The notes below the pieces were generated by a model. That model saw nothing but the letters and a program-made list of their open reading frames with translations. It made no database searches and was not told where the DNA came from. A DNA stretch of 64,000 nucleotides from the human T2T-CHM13v2.0 reference genome, Homo sapiens, in NCBI RefSeq assembly GCF_009914755.1, contig NC_060930.1. One strand, written 5' to 3'. A program made the position numbers and the translations under genes. Positions 29,010-43,428 of the stretch are shown piece after piece; the stretch's first letter is position 1; every line of letters starts with the position of its first letter.

Positions 29010-29160
29010 GCCAGGCACGCTGGCTCCTGCCTATAATCCAGCTACTTGGGAGGCTGACGCGGGAGGATCCCTTGAGGACAGGAGTTCAAGACCATCCTGG
29101 GTAACACAGCAAGACCCCATCTCTAAAAAACTTTAAAAAATAAATAAATAAAAATAATAA
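29010..29160 (+). mobile_element. Alu monomer (FLAM_A-like) with A-rich tail
   Basis: 'gccaggcacgctggctcctgcctataatccagctacttgggagg...gcaagaccccatctctaaaaaa'. Confidence 0.88.
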
Positions 29161-29200
29161 AGTAAAAATACCTAGAATAAGGTTAAGTGTTCAAAACTGC

Positions 29201-29264
29201 TCATCCTTCTAATCCCTACTCTTGGTCATCTTTCATCCTTCTAATCCCTACTCTTGGTCATCTT
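29201..29264. repeat. Perfect 32-bp tandem duplication
   Basis: tcatccttctaatccctactcttggtcatctt at 29201-29232 and 29233-29264. Confidence 0.97.
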
Positions 29265-30102
29265 CACCTAAAGGTAGTTTCCTTAGGTCTACTGAGAGTC
29301 TATGAAGCTACTCTGGACTTCGGTGTTGGGCTGGGAGGCACAGTAAACTTAATGTATCATCAGTAGGGTGGTAAAATATTTACCAATAATCTAAGGATTT
29401 ATCAGTCATCTGCCACATCCCAGCACAGTGCTCAGTACTTCACATGCACAAAGAAATAGCAGCAGCCAAGGAACTTTGCAAGTGACAAGAACAAGACTTA
29501 ATGATTTTCTAGACAATAAAGAGATTCCAAGAGTGGCTGGCATGCTCCATTTAGCCAAGGTCTTTGTAAATTCTCCAAAACAATTTCAAATAGAATAAAA
29601 TAATTTTAAAACTACTTCATATAAATTGTATAGCTTACTTTTAAATGGCATATTCCACCAAATCCTAAAATGTTATTTTTTTATAGATAATGATACTGTA
29701 TCCAACCTGCACTATTACACAGGGTGAGGGAGGGACCGTAAAAGGACCAATCTCACAGTGAACCTAGGAATGAGAGGTTAAATTGTGTTCGATGTTTCTG
29801 CTGTGTTTCCATTACTGAGTCACCTAGATTTAAAATACCCTAGGGTAGGAATAACCATTTTGTTTTTCTCCCTCCTTTTCCTTCAGTGCCCCAGAACATA
29901 AAATACTTGTTGAGTTGCATTTTAGCCTCTGAGTCAGACTGAAAAAAAGTAGTTTGACTCCATCCAATTTGAATTAGCTCACTAAAAAAAGGTATTTACA
30001 GTTAAGTGGAAACATTTCATCTTCTGATTATTTTTTAATATAAAACAGTGAAATCTCAGCATACTTTAGTTTAAAACTATAAGAACAGAAAAGAATAATT
30101 TG

Positions 30103-30259
30103 TTTTCTTCTTGAGACAGGGTCTCACTTTGTCACCCACACTGAAGTGCAGTGGTGCGATCATAGCTCATTGCGGCCTTAAATTCCTGGGCTCAAGCCAT
30201 TCTCCTGCCTCAGTCTCCTGAGCAGCTGGGACTACAGGCACATGCCACTGTGTGTGGCT
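30103..30259 (-). mobile_element. Alu right monomer (FRAM/AluJ half)
   Basis: 'tgagacagggtctcactttgtcaccc...gggactacaggcacatgccac'. Confidence 0.88.
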
Positions 30260-30504
30260 GGAGAGGAATAAATGTTATTGTTATCAATAGCAACTGGTCA
30301 CTGCGCACATGTGTGTGAGACAATATTCAGAATGATACAGCCTAGGGTTTAAGACCAGAAACTTTAGTTCTGATTCTGCTTCCTTTAGTATTTTTATCCA
30401 GGGACACAGTGTTCCTGTTTTGAGGATGGGAACAATGCATATGTTTTATAGCATTATGGAGAAAATTAAGATGGGATATTACTGTAGACACAGTAGTAAG
30501 TAGG

Positions 30505-30735
30505 CAATAATTTTGAGTGTTTAATGTGTGTCAGATACTGTTCTAATCAACTCATTTAATCACAACAACTCAATGAGATGCATAGTATTATTATCCCTAT
30601 TTTAAAGATATTAAGGCATAACAGTTTTAACAAAAAACCTTGCCAAGATCACCCAGCTAGTAATTGGCTGAGCAGGATCTCAAACGCAGGCAGTCTAGCT
30701 CCAGAGTCCCTGCTCTGAGCCACTTCCCTGTGCTG
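30505..30735 (-). mobile_element. MIR SINE
   Basis: 'ctcatttaatcacaacaac...tattattatccctatttta...ttgccaagatcacccagctagtaa...ctccagagtccctgctct'. Confidence 0.85.
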
Positions 30736-31459
30736 CCTGACTCCATCACAGCAGCTGGTGACATGCTGGTTTCCCCTCTTCTTGGGTTCTGGTATACAAA
30801 AACACAACAGATCCTGTCTTTTCCAGAAAGAAACAGTTGTTATAGCAAGGACACAGGATATATGCACATATGGATAAAAAGCACGATAGAACTTGTCAAA
30901 CAAATGTCAGAGGAGGTATACAACAAGTTCTACAGAAGTCTGGAAGAAAGGAAATAATGGGGATGAGGAAATCGGCAAGATTGTTGTGATGTGGGTGACC
31001 TTTGAGTTTGTTTGGCGTTCGAGAGTAAACAGACCTAAAACTATCAAAGAGTAGTTGGGAAAGATATTTCAGATAATAGGAACAGCAAAGACAAAGGATC
31101 TCTGTGTTTAGGAAATAAGAATCAGTTTCATGATAACTTCAGCTTGACAAAAACAAACACACACACAAACAAAAAACAACACACGCAAAAGAAAATCAAT
31201 AAAAAAAATTTTTAAAAAAGAATCCATTTCATTGACGGGGAAGGTTTCTATGTGGGCAATACTGAGGCAGGAAGCAGTTTAAAGTGATTTTGTACAGTGT
31301 TTTAGAAGCTCAAGAGAGGAGAAAGACCTCCTGCTGGAGGGCCACCAGGGGTTTCCGAGTGGCTGTGAGTGATGAGATGGCAGGTATATAACACGGATGA
31401 AAGTAGGGAATGCCAGATAATGGACTGCGAGAGCACGTAGAAGTCTTCGGCACACATAC

Positions 31460-31571
31460 CTACATTCAGACAGGTCCCTATTATTCCAGCGATGATTATC
31501 TTGTTGGCGGGTATTCCATGGCCTCTCCTCACCTACTGGCTGTCCTTTTGGTTTATCCCTTGCTTTAGCAC
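31460..31571 (-). other. Candidate 112-nt internal exon (probably non-coding)
   Basis: Minus-strand acceptor ctttgcctccttgtccacccccag|G and donor AG|gtatgt; no expression evidence. Confidence 0.3.
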
Positions 31572-34500
31572 CTGGGGGTGGACAAGGAGGCAAAGTGATT
31601 TTCCAATTAAGTCTTTTTGTTTGTTTGTTTTTGCTGCTTTTTCCCAGCTGTGGTTAGATTTGCTGTTGGAAGGAGAAGTATATTGTGGATGATAAGAACA
31701 TTTCTTTCTCTCTTTCTTTTTTCACAGTACTTCCAGTCCTTTATTGAACAATTTGCAGGGGAAGAGCAGAAATCACATTTGAGCTTAACCCTGGAATATG
31801 TAATTGTTAATTTCCCTTGATCAGAGATGGGCTAGGAAATGGGGAGCTACCCACATAGACTTTTAAATAACATTTGTATAGCAGAACCTTGTTTCTGATC
31901 TGGCTGCTGAGAATTTTAGGTGAGAATGGTTAAAGTTATTCTCCTTTAAAATGTTATGTATTGTGTATCTCCAGACCTGTTGATAGCTATATGATTATTT
32001 ATATCAATCATTCTTACCTTTGCTACTATTTGGATGTATTATGCAGTTGCTGCTTCTTCCTAAATTGAATGTAAGCTACCAGTAATTCTAATTCTCTAGC
32101 TGCAGAGTACATGTTTGGCTCTAAAACTAAAGTGTTGTATTAGTGGGATGAAAAAAAAGAAAGAGATGAGAAAAATGAAACAGACTGCAATGCCAAGCTC
32201 TTTTTTAAAAGTAATATTTAATTACTCTTTCAGGCTGCTGTTAAGAGTGTATATGACATCTAAACAGATTGTAGGACCCTAATACATCATTTCACTAATA
32301 TATATTCAATTGCAGTTGACAAAAAGATTATTTTGGTCCATAATGGCCTAGAAACCCATCTTTTACTTGGATCTATTATATGCAAATATATTTAGGGTAC
32401 AACACACACACACACACAGACAATCTCTTTCAAGTAAAGAAAAAGGTGTTAAAAATGTATACACTTGGCTAATAGCCAGCTACTGAGTCTACTGTGTCTC
32501 CTCTCTGATTAACATACTTTCATAAATTATTTCCAATTTCTTCCAGTTGAGTTCTTGTCAACTCTTCACCTCACAACCCCAATATTGCCCACATCGTTCT
32601 AGAGAAATCAGAGAGAGAGTAGAAAAAAACACATCCAGCTATTTTAGAACATGGCACATATCAGTCATGCCCAGAAAACTGGCTCCTTTGCTTGTGAGAA
32701 CTTCTTGGCATATCCATAAGCCTGCTGACCTCAGTATGAAACATAACAAAATAAAGCCTCAACTACTCTGTTTCTCAATTTGTTTGATAAACTAGAATTA
32801 TTTCCAAAGTTCTCAAATAAACAGAAATCATTATAATTATAAATAATTAAAATGCTAAACTCAAGAGGGCACTCAACATTCATTATACTGTAGAGCTTGT
32901 CCCCTAAGGGTAATACCTTCAATTAGTTCAGTTTTTACAACAGAAGAAAAATGTGACAATCAGTAATTGCAGGTATTTAGTTCAAGGAACAAAACATGCA
33001 AACTTGCCTTTAAATTGCCCTTTCAGTCACCAGAGGTTATGCTCTCTTTTAGATTCTTAACATTTGTACTAATTCTAGAATACAGGAAAGCAACAGATAA
33101 GGGAAAAACACACAATCTTCAAAGCTGTGAGTAGATACACTTCAGCTTTATCAGCTCTTTCAATGGAGAAGGTTAAAGTAGAAGGTAAGAGCTAACAAAA
33201 AATGATTTTAAGAGAGAGCCCTTTAAAAGACATTTTATAAAATTTATCAGTTATTTATTCACTTACTTTACAAACATTTATTAAGTGTCAGAGTTTATGC
33301 TAAATGATAATTACATTGCACTAGAAAAACTAGCTGATGATTTTTTTTAAAAAATACAAATTTATATATGTATGTACATATGTATATTGTTACAAATGTA
33401 AATATAGAGTATATATATCCATAATTTATAAAATGATTTTTTGAGTGTTATTCCTCAATCTTGAAGTTGTAATGTAATTTTTTAAAAATTTAATCACAAA
33501 ATTATTTAGATTTTATTCCTTGGAGTCTCCTCTATAAAAAGGATCAATTTCCTTTACAAAATGTAACTATTTTCTGTTGCAGTAGTAAATGCTGTTTCAG
33601 TTACTAGGGCTTTTCTTAGGTGTCTGTAGAACTACAGTACTGTCAGTTGGAAATGGATTAGCAAATAGTAAATACTGTTTCGGATCAAAGCGAGTATACC
33701 AAAACAGATTTCTTTACTCTGATTCAACATCAAACTGACAACCATGACCTGAGAAAGAGTTATCTTTTACTAGCTGCCACGTTGGGGAAATAAATTTAGT
33801 CCTTCATTTAAGTAGAGGAAAGAACTCATTAGAAATGTGGTACAAGTGGTTTCAGGATGATAAATCTCAAGTTACCAATTCCACTTTTAATGATTAGCTG
33901 CCTGCACCTTGTATTTAATTAAAATGGTTATTTTAAATGCTTATATTTAATTTAAACATAATTAGCTAAAGTTCAATGTTACTGCCTCATCCATTTTGAA
34001 ATTAATTAATTTATAAAATAGTTCAAAAAGTGCTGTAAAATTTTAATATTAAAATATAGCAGGATCGATTTGCATCTTTTGTTGGTTTCTATTGTGGACT
34101 CCTAGTGAGCTGTTTACATTAGGTAGGACTGCAGGGTCTCTGGCATAGCTAATGTGTAATGAAATCAAATATTGATATGTCCTTGACATTTCCTTTGCAC
34201 ATAGGATATATACTTTAACCTTCCAGGAAATAATAGTTCATAGCTAAGGATATGATTGTTTAAACTTTAAAGCGATGTAAGTTTAAGAAATTAATTTTGG
34301 CCTTAATACATTTAGGAGAAACCACTGCTTTTAGCAAATGATTTATAAGTGTGTAACAATCAGTGTGATAAAATTTCTTATGAGTCAGTCCAATAAATGT
34401 GGCCAGAAGGTGTTTTCAAGCAAAAGTTCTGCTTTTAACTTGTATTTAAACAAACAGTTTAAATAGTGGGTAGTGATGTACAACAATGTTTCCTGGTCTA

Positions 34501-34654
34501 TAGATTCTGAGGATATTCTGAAACACTCCTGCATCCATTTGGATGGGGTTTCCTGGTGCAGTAAAAAACTATATCCATGAATGTCCTACAATCCTTAGTG
34601 TGCTTGGTGGGAAAAACTTCTAAGCTGTGCACATTTGTCTATTGATGATGATTG

Positions 34655-34830
34655 CTATAATTTATTAGGTACTGAATATGTGTTCGGCACTGAACTAAAT
34701 GCTTAATAAAGTTGTATTCAGCCCATTTTACAGATGAATGAAGTGAGGCTTGGAAAGACTAAGGAATACGTAATTCATACTTATAATTCGTAAGTTACGG
34801 AGGCAAGACTCAAAGCCTAAATCCACAGTG
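34655..34830 (-). mobile_element. MIR SINE
   Basis: 'cccattttacagatgaatgaagtgaggct'. Confidence 0.75.
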
Positions 34831-36642
34831 CTGCCCCTTACTGTCTTCAGCTCCCATCTCAGAGGGCTAGGAAGGCATTCTCAACTGTGAGATGCTTGTA
34901 ACCCCCACTTCCACCACCACCACAAACAACAACAAAATAGTTCTCCCTTGCAGTAATAGTGTAAATTAAAGAAAAGGTAAAGGTAACACATTTGGCTTGA
35001 CTATTAGTAATTAAAACCTGTTGCCCCCAATCTTAGTGTCCTTTTATACAAATATTAATATATGCAGAATTCTCTAATATTTTATTAAAACCAGGGCTTT
35101 CTATTCTCCAACAAACCTCTATGGTTGGGGAGATTTGTTCCCATCATTCTCTAACATTAGCTCAAAACTTTGCACAATCTCTACCCCCAACACCACCAAT
35201 AACCCTTGGGGCATTTTAATTGTGAGCAGGCTATAAAGCTGTAAAATCAGACTCAGCTTACACATCAAGTAAGTTGTGCAGAATATTTCTTTCCTTTTCA
35301 CACTACCATTATTAGGTGGCATTCCAGGATGCCTTTAAGCTACACTGTATCTCAATTACCACAACTGCCATCTGTTTCTGTTTCTTCCAATGAACGATAT
35401 CCCCGCTCAAGAGCTAGGCTTCAGTGTGTTTTCTGCAAAGAATATGAGTAACACATACAAATATTCCTCCTATTTAGATTAGACAGTATTAGGTAGTAAT
35501 CAAAGCCAATTATCTATTGATTTTCAGTTTAACATTTCAACTATCAAACATTATCGTAACTCTGGACATCCTCAGAAGGTTCAAAGGATTGGAACCATTG
35601 CAAAGCAATTATAGCAGAGAAGACCCGTTTGAGGAGCTAGAATAGGTAAAAATACAGGCACATCTGCTTTGTAAATCTTGCTAAGGCCTTTAAATGCCAT
35701 CTGGTTTCCCATTCTTTTCCAGCTACCATCTTCCCCTAGGCTAAAAGATTTTTAAATGACTGGGGGGAAAAGAAAACTTTGAGAAACTAGTTTGAGATTT
35801 TAATTCTGCATTTCATCTGTCAGACAGTGAAATGCAGTTAACTGCAGCAAGTGTTCCTAATAGATAAGGGAATTGTTGCTTCACATATAATTACATTGAG
35901 TCTAACAGTAGACATAGCCACCTATATCATCATCATACTATTAGAAGTGCTAGTAAGTCTGAAAAGAATCCATTTTGAGGAGGGTCAGAGCTACTTTTAT
36001 TTTACTTCAAGCCAGGGTTATCATGAAATAAAACTGATAATTCTTTTGGGGAACAATTTTTGGAATATAAAAAAAAGTATTAAAGGGTAAATGAAACTAA
36101 CTGTTGTGACTGGCAGTGAGTTCAGGTATTTTGTGTTCTTTTGTGTTTGCTTTGGAATGTTAAACAGGTCGGGTTCTTTTTAAAAGAAAACATTTTATTC
36201 AGAACATTCTTCCATGAAAGCCTTCTTTGACAAAGTGTCATTTTTTGATATATTAGTACATGTCTGCCCACATTTTACATTCAAAAAGGGCTAGCAATGT
36301 TTTAACAACTTTTGACAAGCATGGGGAATTAAACTTCCACAGAATCCACTCTTTTAATGTAATGCTACAATCTATTTTATATTCTCGATTTTGCACTTCT
36401 TATGGCAGGCCACAACATTTTAAATTATGTCAACTTATAGTTGAAAAAAGTACAAAGAAATTAAAAATGAGTAATTACTTAACTCATCAATAAAATATTT
36501 TTAAGCACATAATTCTGAAATTTGTTGAGAAAGGGAGCTACAGATATAGAACTAAGTGAATTATAAATTAGTAATAAGAGATAAGTCAAAGAAATTTCTA
36601 ATGAACTCGCCAAGGAATCTCAAGAAATTGAGCTACTTCTTA

Positions 36643-37059
<417 letters not shown>

Positions 37060-37119
37060 CTATTGGAAATCTTGCTTGGATACCTATAGGCACCTCAAGT
37101 CAACACTTCAAAGACCTCT

Positions 37120-37610
37120 CTGGCTCCCCCAAACTGCCCCTCCCCCTGATTGTGACCTTGCGTGACTGGGGTCCTAATTGCTCCCCAGCTTCATCTGTTC
37201 CCACTCTACCCTGCCTGGCCCATTCATTCATCCAGAGCTGCTTTCAATGCCTTGAATACTCTGGGCTTTGCTCCTCTGCCTAGATCACTATCCTAATCAG
37301 CCTGGCTAATTTCTCCTCTTCAGTCTCAGCTTGGATGTCACTTTCCTCAGGAAGATTTTTCTGGCAGTTCTTTTTCCAGGTGCCCTTTCTCTAGATCCTT
37401 ACAACCCTGTTCTCTCCAATCAAAGTCCCTATCACAGAGTGATGCAATTATCTCTTTACTGGCCTGTACCCCCACCAGAGTGTAAGCAGCATAAGGGCTA
37501 AGACAATGTCTATTTTTTTTACTGTTAATCTCCACAGCTTAGACCACTGCTTGGAATATTCTAGATGCTCTCAAAAAAACTCCTTTAAAAAGATTAATGA
37601 ATCATTTAAG
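37120..37610 (+). mobile_element. L2 LINE 3' fragment
   Basis: 'tctcagcttggatgtcactttcctcaggaag', end 'taatgaatcat'. Confidence 0.65.
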
Positions 37611-37821
37611 TGAGAAGTTCATACATGATGAATGTGTTTCTTTTTTCTTTTTGGCAATAATACAAACTGTCAAATATAACCACATTTTAAAAAATTACTT
37701 ACCAAAGTCGATATGGGTTAACACTAATGTTCCCATTTGGTTATTTCATTTAGCTGGAACAAGTTTCTCGTTTTGGTTTAAGACTTTTCTCATACCACCT
37801 ATCTCTATAAAGCAAAATGCA

Positions 37822-38275
<454 letters not shown>

Positions 38276-41200
38276 CTAAAGGTGTTACTTGATATGGCTG
38301 TGTCACTATAATCACCGAACTTTAAAGGGGATGTTGTGACTGGAAAAGAAAATTTGAAACCAGTACCCATTAGTGGGTCAAGCAAATGAAGATGGAGAAC
38401 AGGGCATCTTATGAATATTGTTATTATATAATAAAGAACTGGAATAATCAATATCCTCTTGAAAGAGACTTAAATCTAATGAAGCAGCTGTAGATAACTA
38501 AATTATGATTATGACAGATTCAGGGAATTGGTTCAGGGTTCTTTGCATCCAAAATTCAAATAAGTAATCAAAGTGAAATTGCATTAGCTGACCTCCTCAG
38601 ACCACCTCTGAAATACAGTAAGCATTTATTAAGAATACCCAAAATAACAGCATGACATAACTGCTTCTATATTTCACAAATGCCTTTGGCTAAGGGGGAG
38701 GAGGAATGGAGTCAGGTAGGGGAGGGCACGTGAGGGAGGAGGACACAGGAGGAAGAGAAGAAGCTACTTGCACAAAGATAAATGGAACTCTTATTTTAAT
38801 AATTGCCACAGCAGTATTTTTCTTAAGTCAAGATTAAAAATATGACGAGCTTACAGAATGTTATCGTCCACAGCAAAAGTAATATAAAAACAATTGTTAT
38901 TCCCACATAAATTACTTAATACAACTGCTACTGGTTTTACAGATTAGTGCTAGCACTGATGGGCCATTGTATAAAAAAGACATTCTTTCTCTGTATTTTT
39001 TAGTCTTCAGCTTTTGGTATTCCTTTGTCTCTTTAGTATATTCTTATGTCTTATCTTGAAGTATAATGAAATATTTCACTAGTAACACCCACAGAATTGT
39101 TTTCATTGGCTCTCTTCTGGGCCTCCTGAGGCCATTATATGAATGGTAACAAAAAACAATTTCAAGGCAATAATAATGATGAATAAATTAAAGCACAGTG
39201 TATAGTCTCCATCAATAAATAAATTTGTTTTACTGAACTGTATTTTCATCTCAAGAACTGTTCTCCCCACCCCCACCCCTTTCCAAAATGCTTCTTTAAA
39301 GCAGTTCTTATTTCAAAAGACTGTTTCAAATTGATTCTGAGGAATTTGAGTTCTCCACACTCTTTTCTGGCAATGTGCTTTTTCTCAGATCATCAGAAAC
39401 AATGTGAAAACACCTGTCACGGTAATTTCTAATGTCTATCATCTACTAAGTTATACATAAATGATCCACGGTTGCAATGTGGTCCTTGAATGAAGGACTT
39501 TCTCAAGAAAGACAAATGCTGTCGAAAATAAAAATGGGTACCTTGTAGGAAAAAGCCACTTGTATCATTGGCAGAAACCTATAGTTTTTATTTTTATCTC
39601 TAATCAGAGCCAAGCTAACATTTTTGAAAGAACTAATTTTGCTTTTCATTCACAACAAGGGTTATGTATACATGCATGCTTACCTACAGGTTTAGATGTC
39701 ATTCAACTCAACTCCATGGGGTTGCGGCTGGAAATGGAGTCAGATTGGCAACAAAGCATTTACTGAATGCCTACTCAGGGTAAATGATTCTAAAAAAAAC
39801 TACCTCTTCACCCCACGCTATCCCCCAAAAACAAGGCAAGGTATAATTGTTGAACACATACAGTATAGGTGTTCTAAAAAGCATAGAGAAAGGCTCTGGG
39901 GTATAAATCTATTTTTATGTCCTATATACCCGTTCTTTTATGTGGCCTTAGCTTAGATGAGAGTCACTCCCAAGACTGGTCTGTTCCCCAGGTGATTCTG
40001 CAGCCAGAGTTGGGAATCCTGCTCTTAAGCCCTAAGAGCTCTTAAGCAGAGCATTTTAGCAACAAACTCCCTACCCATTTCCTGTTTTCAGTCATCTGTG
40101 CAACCTGCATTTCCTTCACATTCTTAGTCCTTTCACCAGGGCTTGAAAATTAGTTTGTATTTCCCTATCCCATTTCCCTCTCCTGTCCTCAGAATTGCAA
40201 TGCAGTTCTACCGTAGTTTGAATGGGTAGTATCATACATTTTGACATCCAGATTCAAGAAGGCAAGTATGTATCAAAATAATCTTGCATTTTTTTTATCC
40301 ACAAGAATAACCCTTGAAATAGTTAGGCCTTTTGAGATGGGTTGCAATTTGTTAGGAAATAAATGATATGAAGAACAATGGAAACATACATTACGATAGC
40401 CATACCTTTTCCTCCTTTAAATTCAGTATATTTCAGACTTAAACCTATGGGAACATAATGCCACAGAATGATAATCACTCTAGTGTTCCTAAAGTCTTGA
40501 CATTTTTTAAGTGTGTATGTAATCAAGTGGCGCTCAAATGGATCAACCACCCTGCTTTTGCTAATGCAAAGCAAAGCATCTTCTGTGGTAGTGTGGCTAA
40601 GGTTAGCAATATCCAACTCTCAGAAGGCAATAAAGAACCCTCTTAAATGTGCCTTATTTCTAAAGTATGATGGCATATTATAGCACTCTTTGTCAGCACT
40701 TTATTGGTTTCACAAGAATAAAAACAAACACTGAGGTCTTTATTCTGAAATCCATTTCTGGAATTTATCTTACTAACAAAAGACTTAGTCCTGTGAGAGG
40801 TGTTCTAGTTATGAAGGAAGAATTTCCTTTTGTAAGAGTTTGTTTGTTATTTGAAAGGCTATATTTATTTGGTACTATAAACTTATAAATGTACATGAAA
40901 AGCAACAAACTCTGTAAAATTATACCTTTTCCATGATCCATATAGTAAACCTAAGAGAAGGAAATTTACTGAAATAAGAATGTTTTTTCATAGCTGAGAA
41001 AAAGTAGTATGTTTATGCATTTATATGAGAAGAGGAAAAGGAATTCAAAACTGTGTTTAAACATGAAAATTTTTTGGAATAAGTGCAGTTTGCTTTCAGC
41101 ATTCAGCATTGTTTCTACTGATTATTTATTTATCAAAATTGCTTATTCATTGATATTTTGCTAAAAGACTTGCTCTTAACAGTTTTTGGCTTTCTTTTCT

Positions 41201-42234
41201 TTAAGCATACAAGGATAGGCAACTGATACCAATGCTTCCCTTAGCTGCTCTGATTGGATTCTATATACATGAACAAAGGTTACCCCAAAATAATACAGGA
41301 AAATCAGGCATATTTCTAAAGCAACAAAAGAACAACCTGTTTTGCCACACTCTCACCACAGAGACATCTCTTGGTGAATGGGTTTTAGATGTGAAAACTG
41401 GTTTATTATTCACAACCAAATCCATTTACCTATCAGCCCTGCACATGGGTTAGAAAAGAATGACAAACATCACAAAGTACATAGTAAATGGCCACAAAAC
41501 AAAGCAAAATCTAGTCTCTAATTATTTATGCAGCAAAAGTTCACTACTTTAACTTGCCTTCTTAATCCAAAGGAAAGATGAATGGTGACAAGGGAGAATA
41601 CACACATAGGAACACTAAAAGGTTCCCAGAGCTGCCCTAGACAGGCTTCCATGAAAGTTAAGAAAACGAGTGTGCAACTGGGCAGGGGCCCTCTCAGAAA
41701 TGTGTCATTGTGAAGTTTTAATTCCCCAAAGTGTTTTAACACCTGTTTTCTTTTGTGTTAGGCTGAAATCTTTCAGAGACAAGGTTCAAGAGAGCAAGCA
41801 AAACATTGCACGACAATGAACAGATCAAGGTATACTTCTGTTTAGGCTAAGGAAGCTGGCTTTATATAAAGCTTTCTTTTCAAAGGGGAGAGATGAGGGA
41901 GAAGGAAGCCTTTAGAAAATAAGGGTGATAGCTTCTCTTCCTGGTTCTTCCTGGAGTTGGGAAAAGTTGGCTTGAGGGGGTTAAAAAAAAAAAGAAGGGT
42001 GACAAGTAGCTTTTAACAAAATGCCATGTCAAGAGTCCTTCATGCATTTTTGAAAAAAAAGGAAAACAGTAATACCATATATGTGACAAGCTATTTGACA
42101 GCATACATTTTCTTTGTCTCTTTTTCCATATAGGTAGCCACTCCCAGTCAAGGACTGTATGAGTTGCCCAGAGCAAGACCTTTTAGGATATGGTACATAG
42201 CTGGGAGCCTGCCAACTCCTGATTTTGTCATTAC

Positions 42235-42385
42235 CCTCAGAACTCCAGAATGTAAGCTCCATGAAGGTAGGTTTTTAAACAGTTTTGTTTTTCTGTTTTG
42301 CTCACTGCTGTATCTTTAGCACCTAAAATCTTGCCTGGCAGATAGTAAGCAAGCAATAATTATTTGGGGTATGAATAAACAAATG
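42235..42385 (+). mobile_element. L2 3' end
   Basis: 'agaatgtaagctccatgaaggtagg...tcactgctgtatc...gcctggcagatagtaagc'. Confidence 0.75.
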
Positions 42386-42439
42386 CAATTCAGACCTCAC
42401 ATTCTCTAACTTTGGCAGCTGTATGTAGTTACCAATTCA

Positions 42440-42660
42440 CTGAGATGTGAGCATATGCCAGACACTGTGCTAAATACTAATCATTTAATATTTAATCATT
42501 TAATCCTCACAACAACTATGTGACAAAGGCATTATTATCTCTGTGGTAGGATTCATAAAGTACCCAAGTTACAATGAGGGAGTTAAGCAGCTTAATTAAA
42601 ATCTTGCAACTTGTAGAAGGAAGTTAACCTAGTTTAATTCCAAATTTACTTACTATGCTA
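42440..42660 (-). mobile_element. MIR SINE
   Basis: 'tatgccagacactgtgctaaa...catttaatcctcacaacaac'. Confidence 0.75.
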
Positions 42661-42749
42661 AATACTGGTTCAATACTGCTTAGTCAATGACTCTGTTCCA
42701 CAGCCTCAAAATTTCCTTGGATTTTGAACCTTGGTCTCTTGTAAACCCT

Positions 42750-43330
42750 TGTATTAGTCAGGGTTTTTTTTTTTTTTTTTTTTTAGAGGAATGGAACTAA
42801 TAGGAAAGGGAGTTTATTAAGGAGAATTGACTCACACAAACACAAGTTCAAGTCCCACGATAGACCATCTGCAGGCTGAGAAGCCAGGAAGCCAGTAGTG
42901 GCTCAGTCCAAGTCCCAAAACCTCAAAAGCAGGGAAACTGACAGTGCAGCCTTCAGTCTGTGGCTGAAGGCCGGAGAGCCCCTAGCATACCACTGGTGTA
43001 AGTCCAAGAGTCCAAAAGCTGAAGAACGTGGAGTCTGATGTTTGAGGGCAGGAAGCATCCAGCAGAAGAGAAAGATGAAGGCCAGAAGACTCAGCAAGTC
43101 ATCTTCTTCCACCTTCTTCTGCCTGCTTTTTCTAGTTGTGCTGGCAGCCGATCGGATGGTGCCCACCCACATTGAGGATGGGGCTTCCTGAAGGTGGGTC
43201 TTCCTCTCTCAGTCCACTGACTCAAATATTAATCTCCTCTGGCAACACCCAGAAACACCCAGATATATCCAGAAACAATACTTTGCATCCTTCAATCCAA
43301 TCAAGTTGACACTTAATATTAACCATCACA
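42750..43330 (-). mobile_element. ERVL solo LTR, MLT2A-like
   Basis: 'tgtattagtcagggtt' to 'caagttgacacttaatattaaccatcaca'. Confidence 0.92.
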
Positions 43331-43428
43331 ATACTGCTCTCTAACTCTGGACATGGGGATCCTATACTGCACATAAGGCAAATATTGCTTCAACACTCCT
43401 ATCTCCCAATGTATGTCACGCTGGTGAG

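Noticed and set aside
33583-33681. Direct repeat tagtaaat(g/a)ctgtttc, ~83 bp apart
   Set aside because: 15/16 match in AT-rich DNA with only two copies; insufficient evidence.
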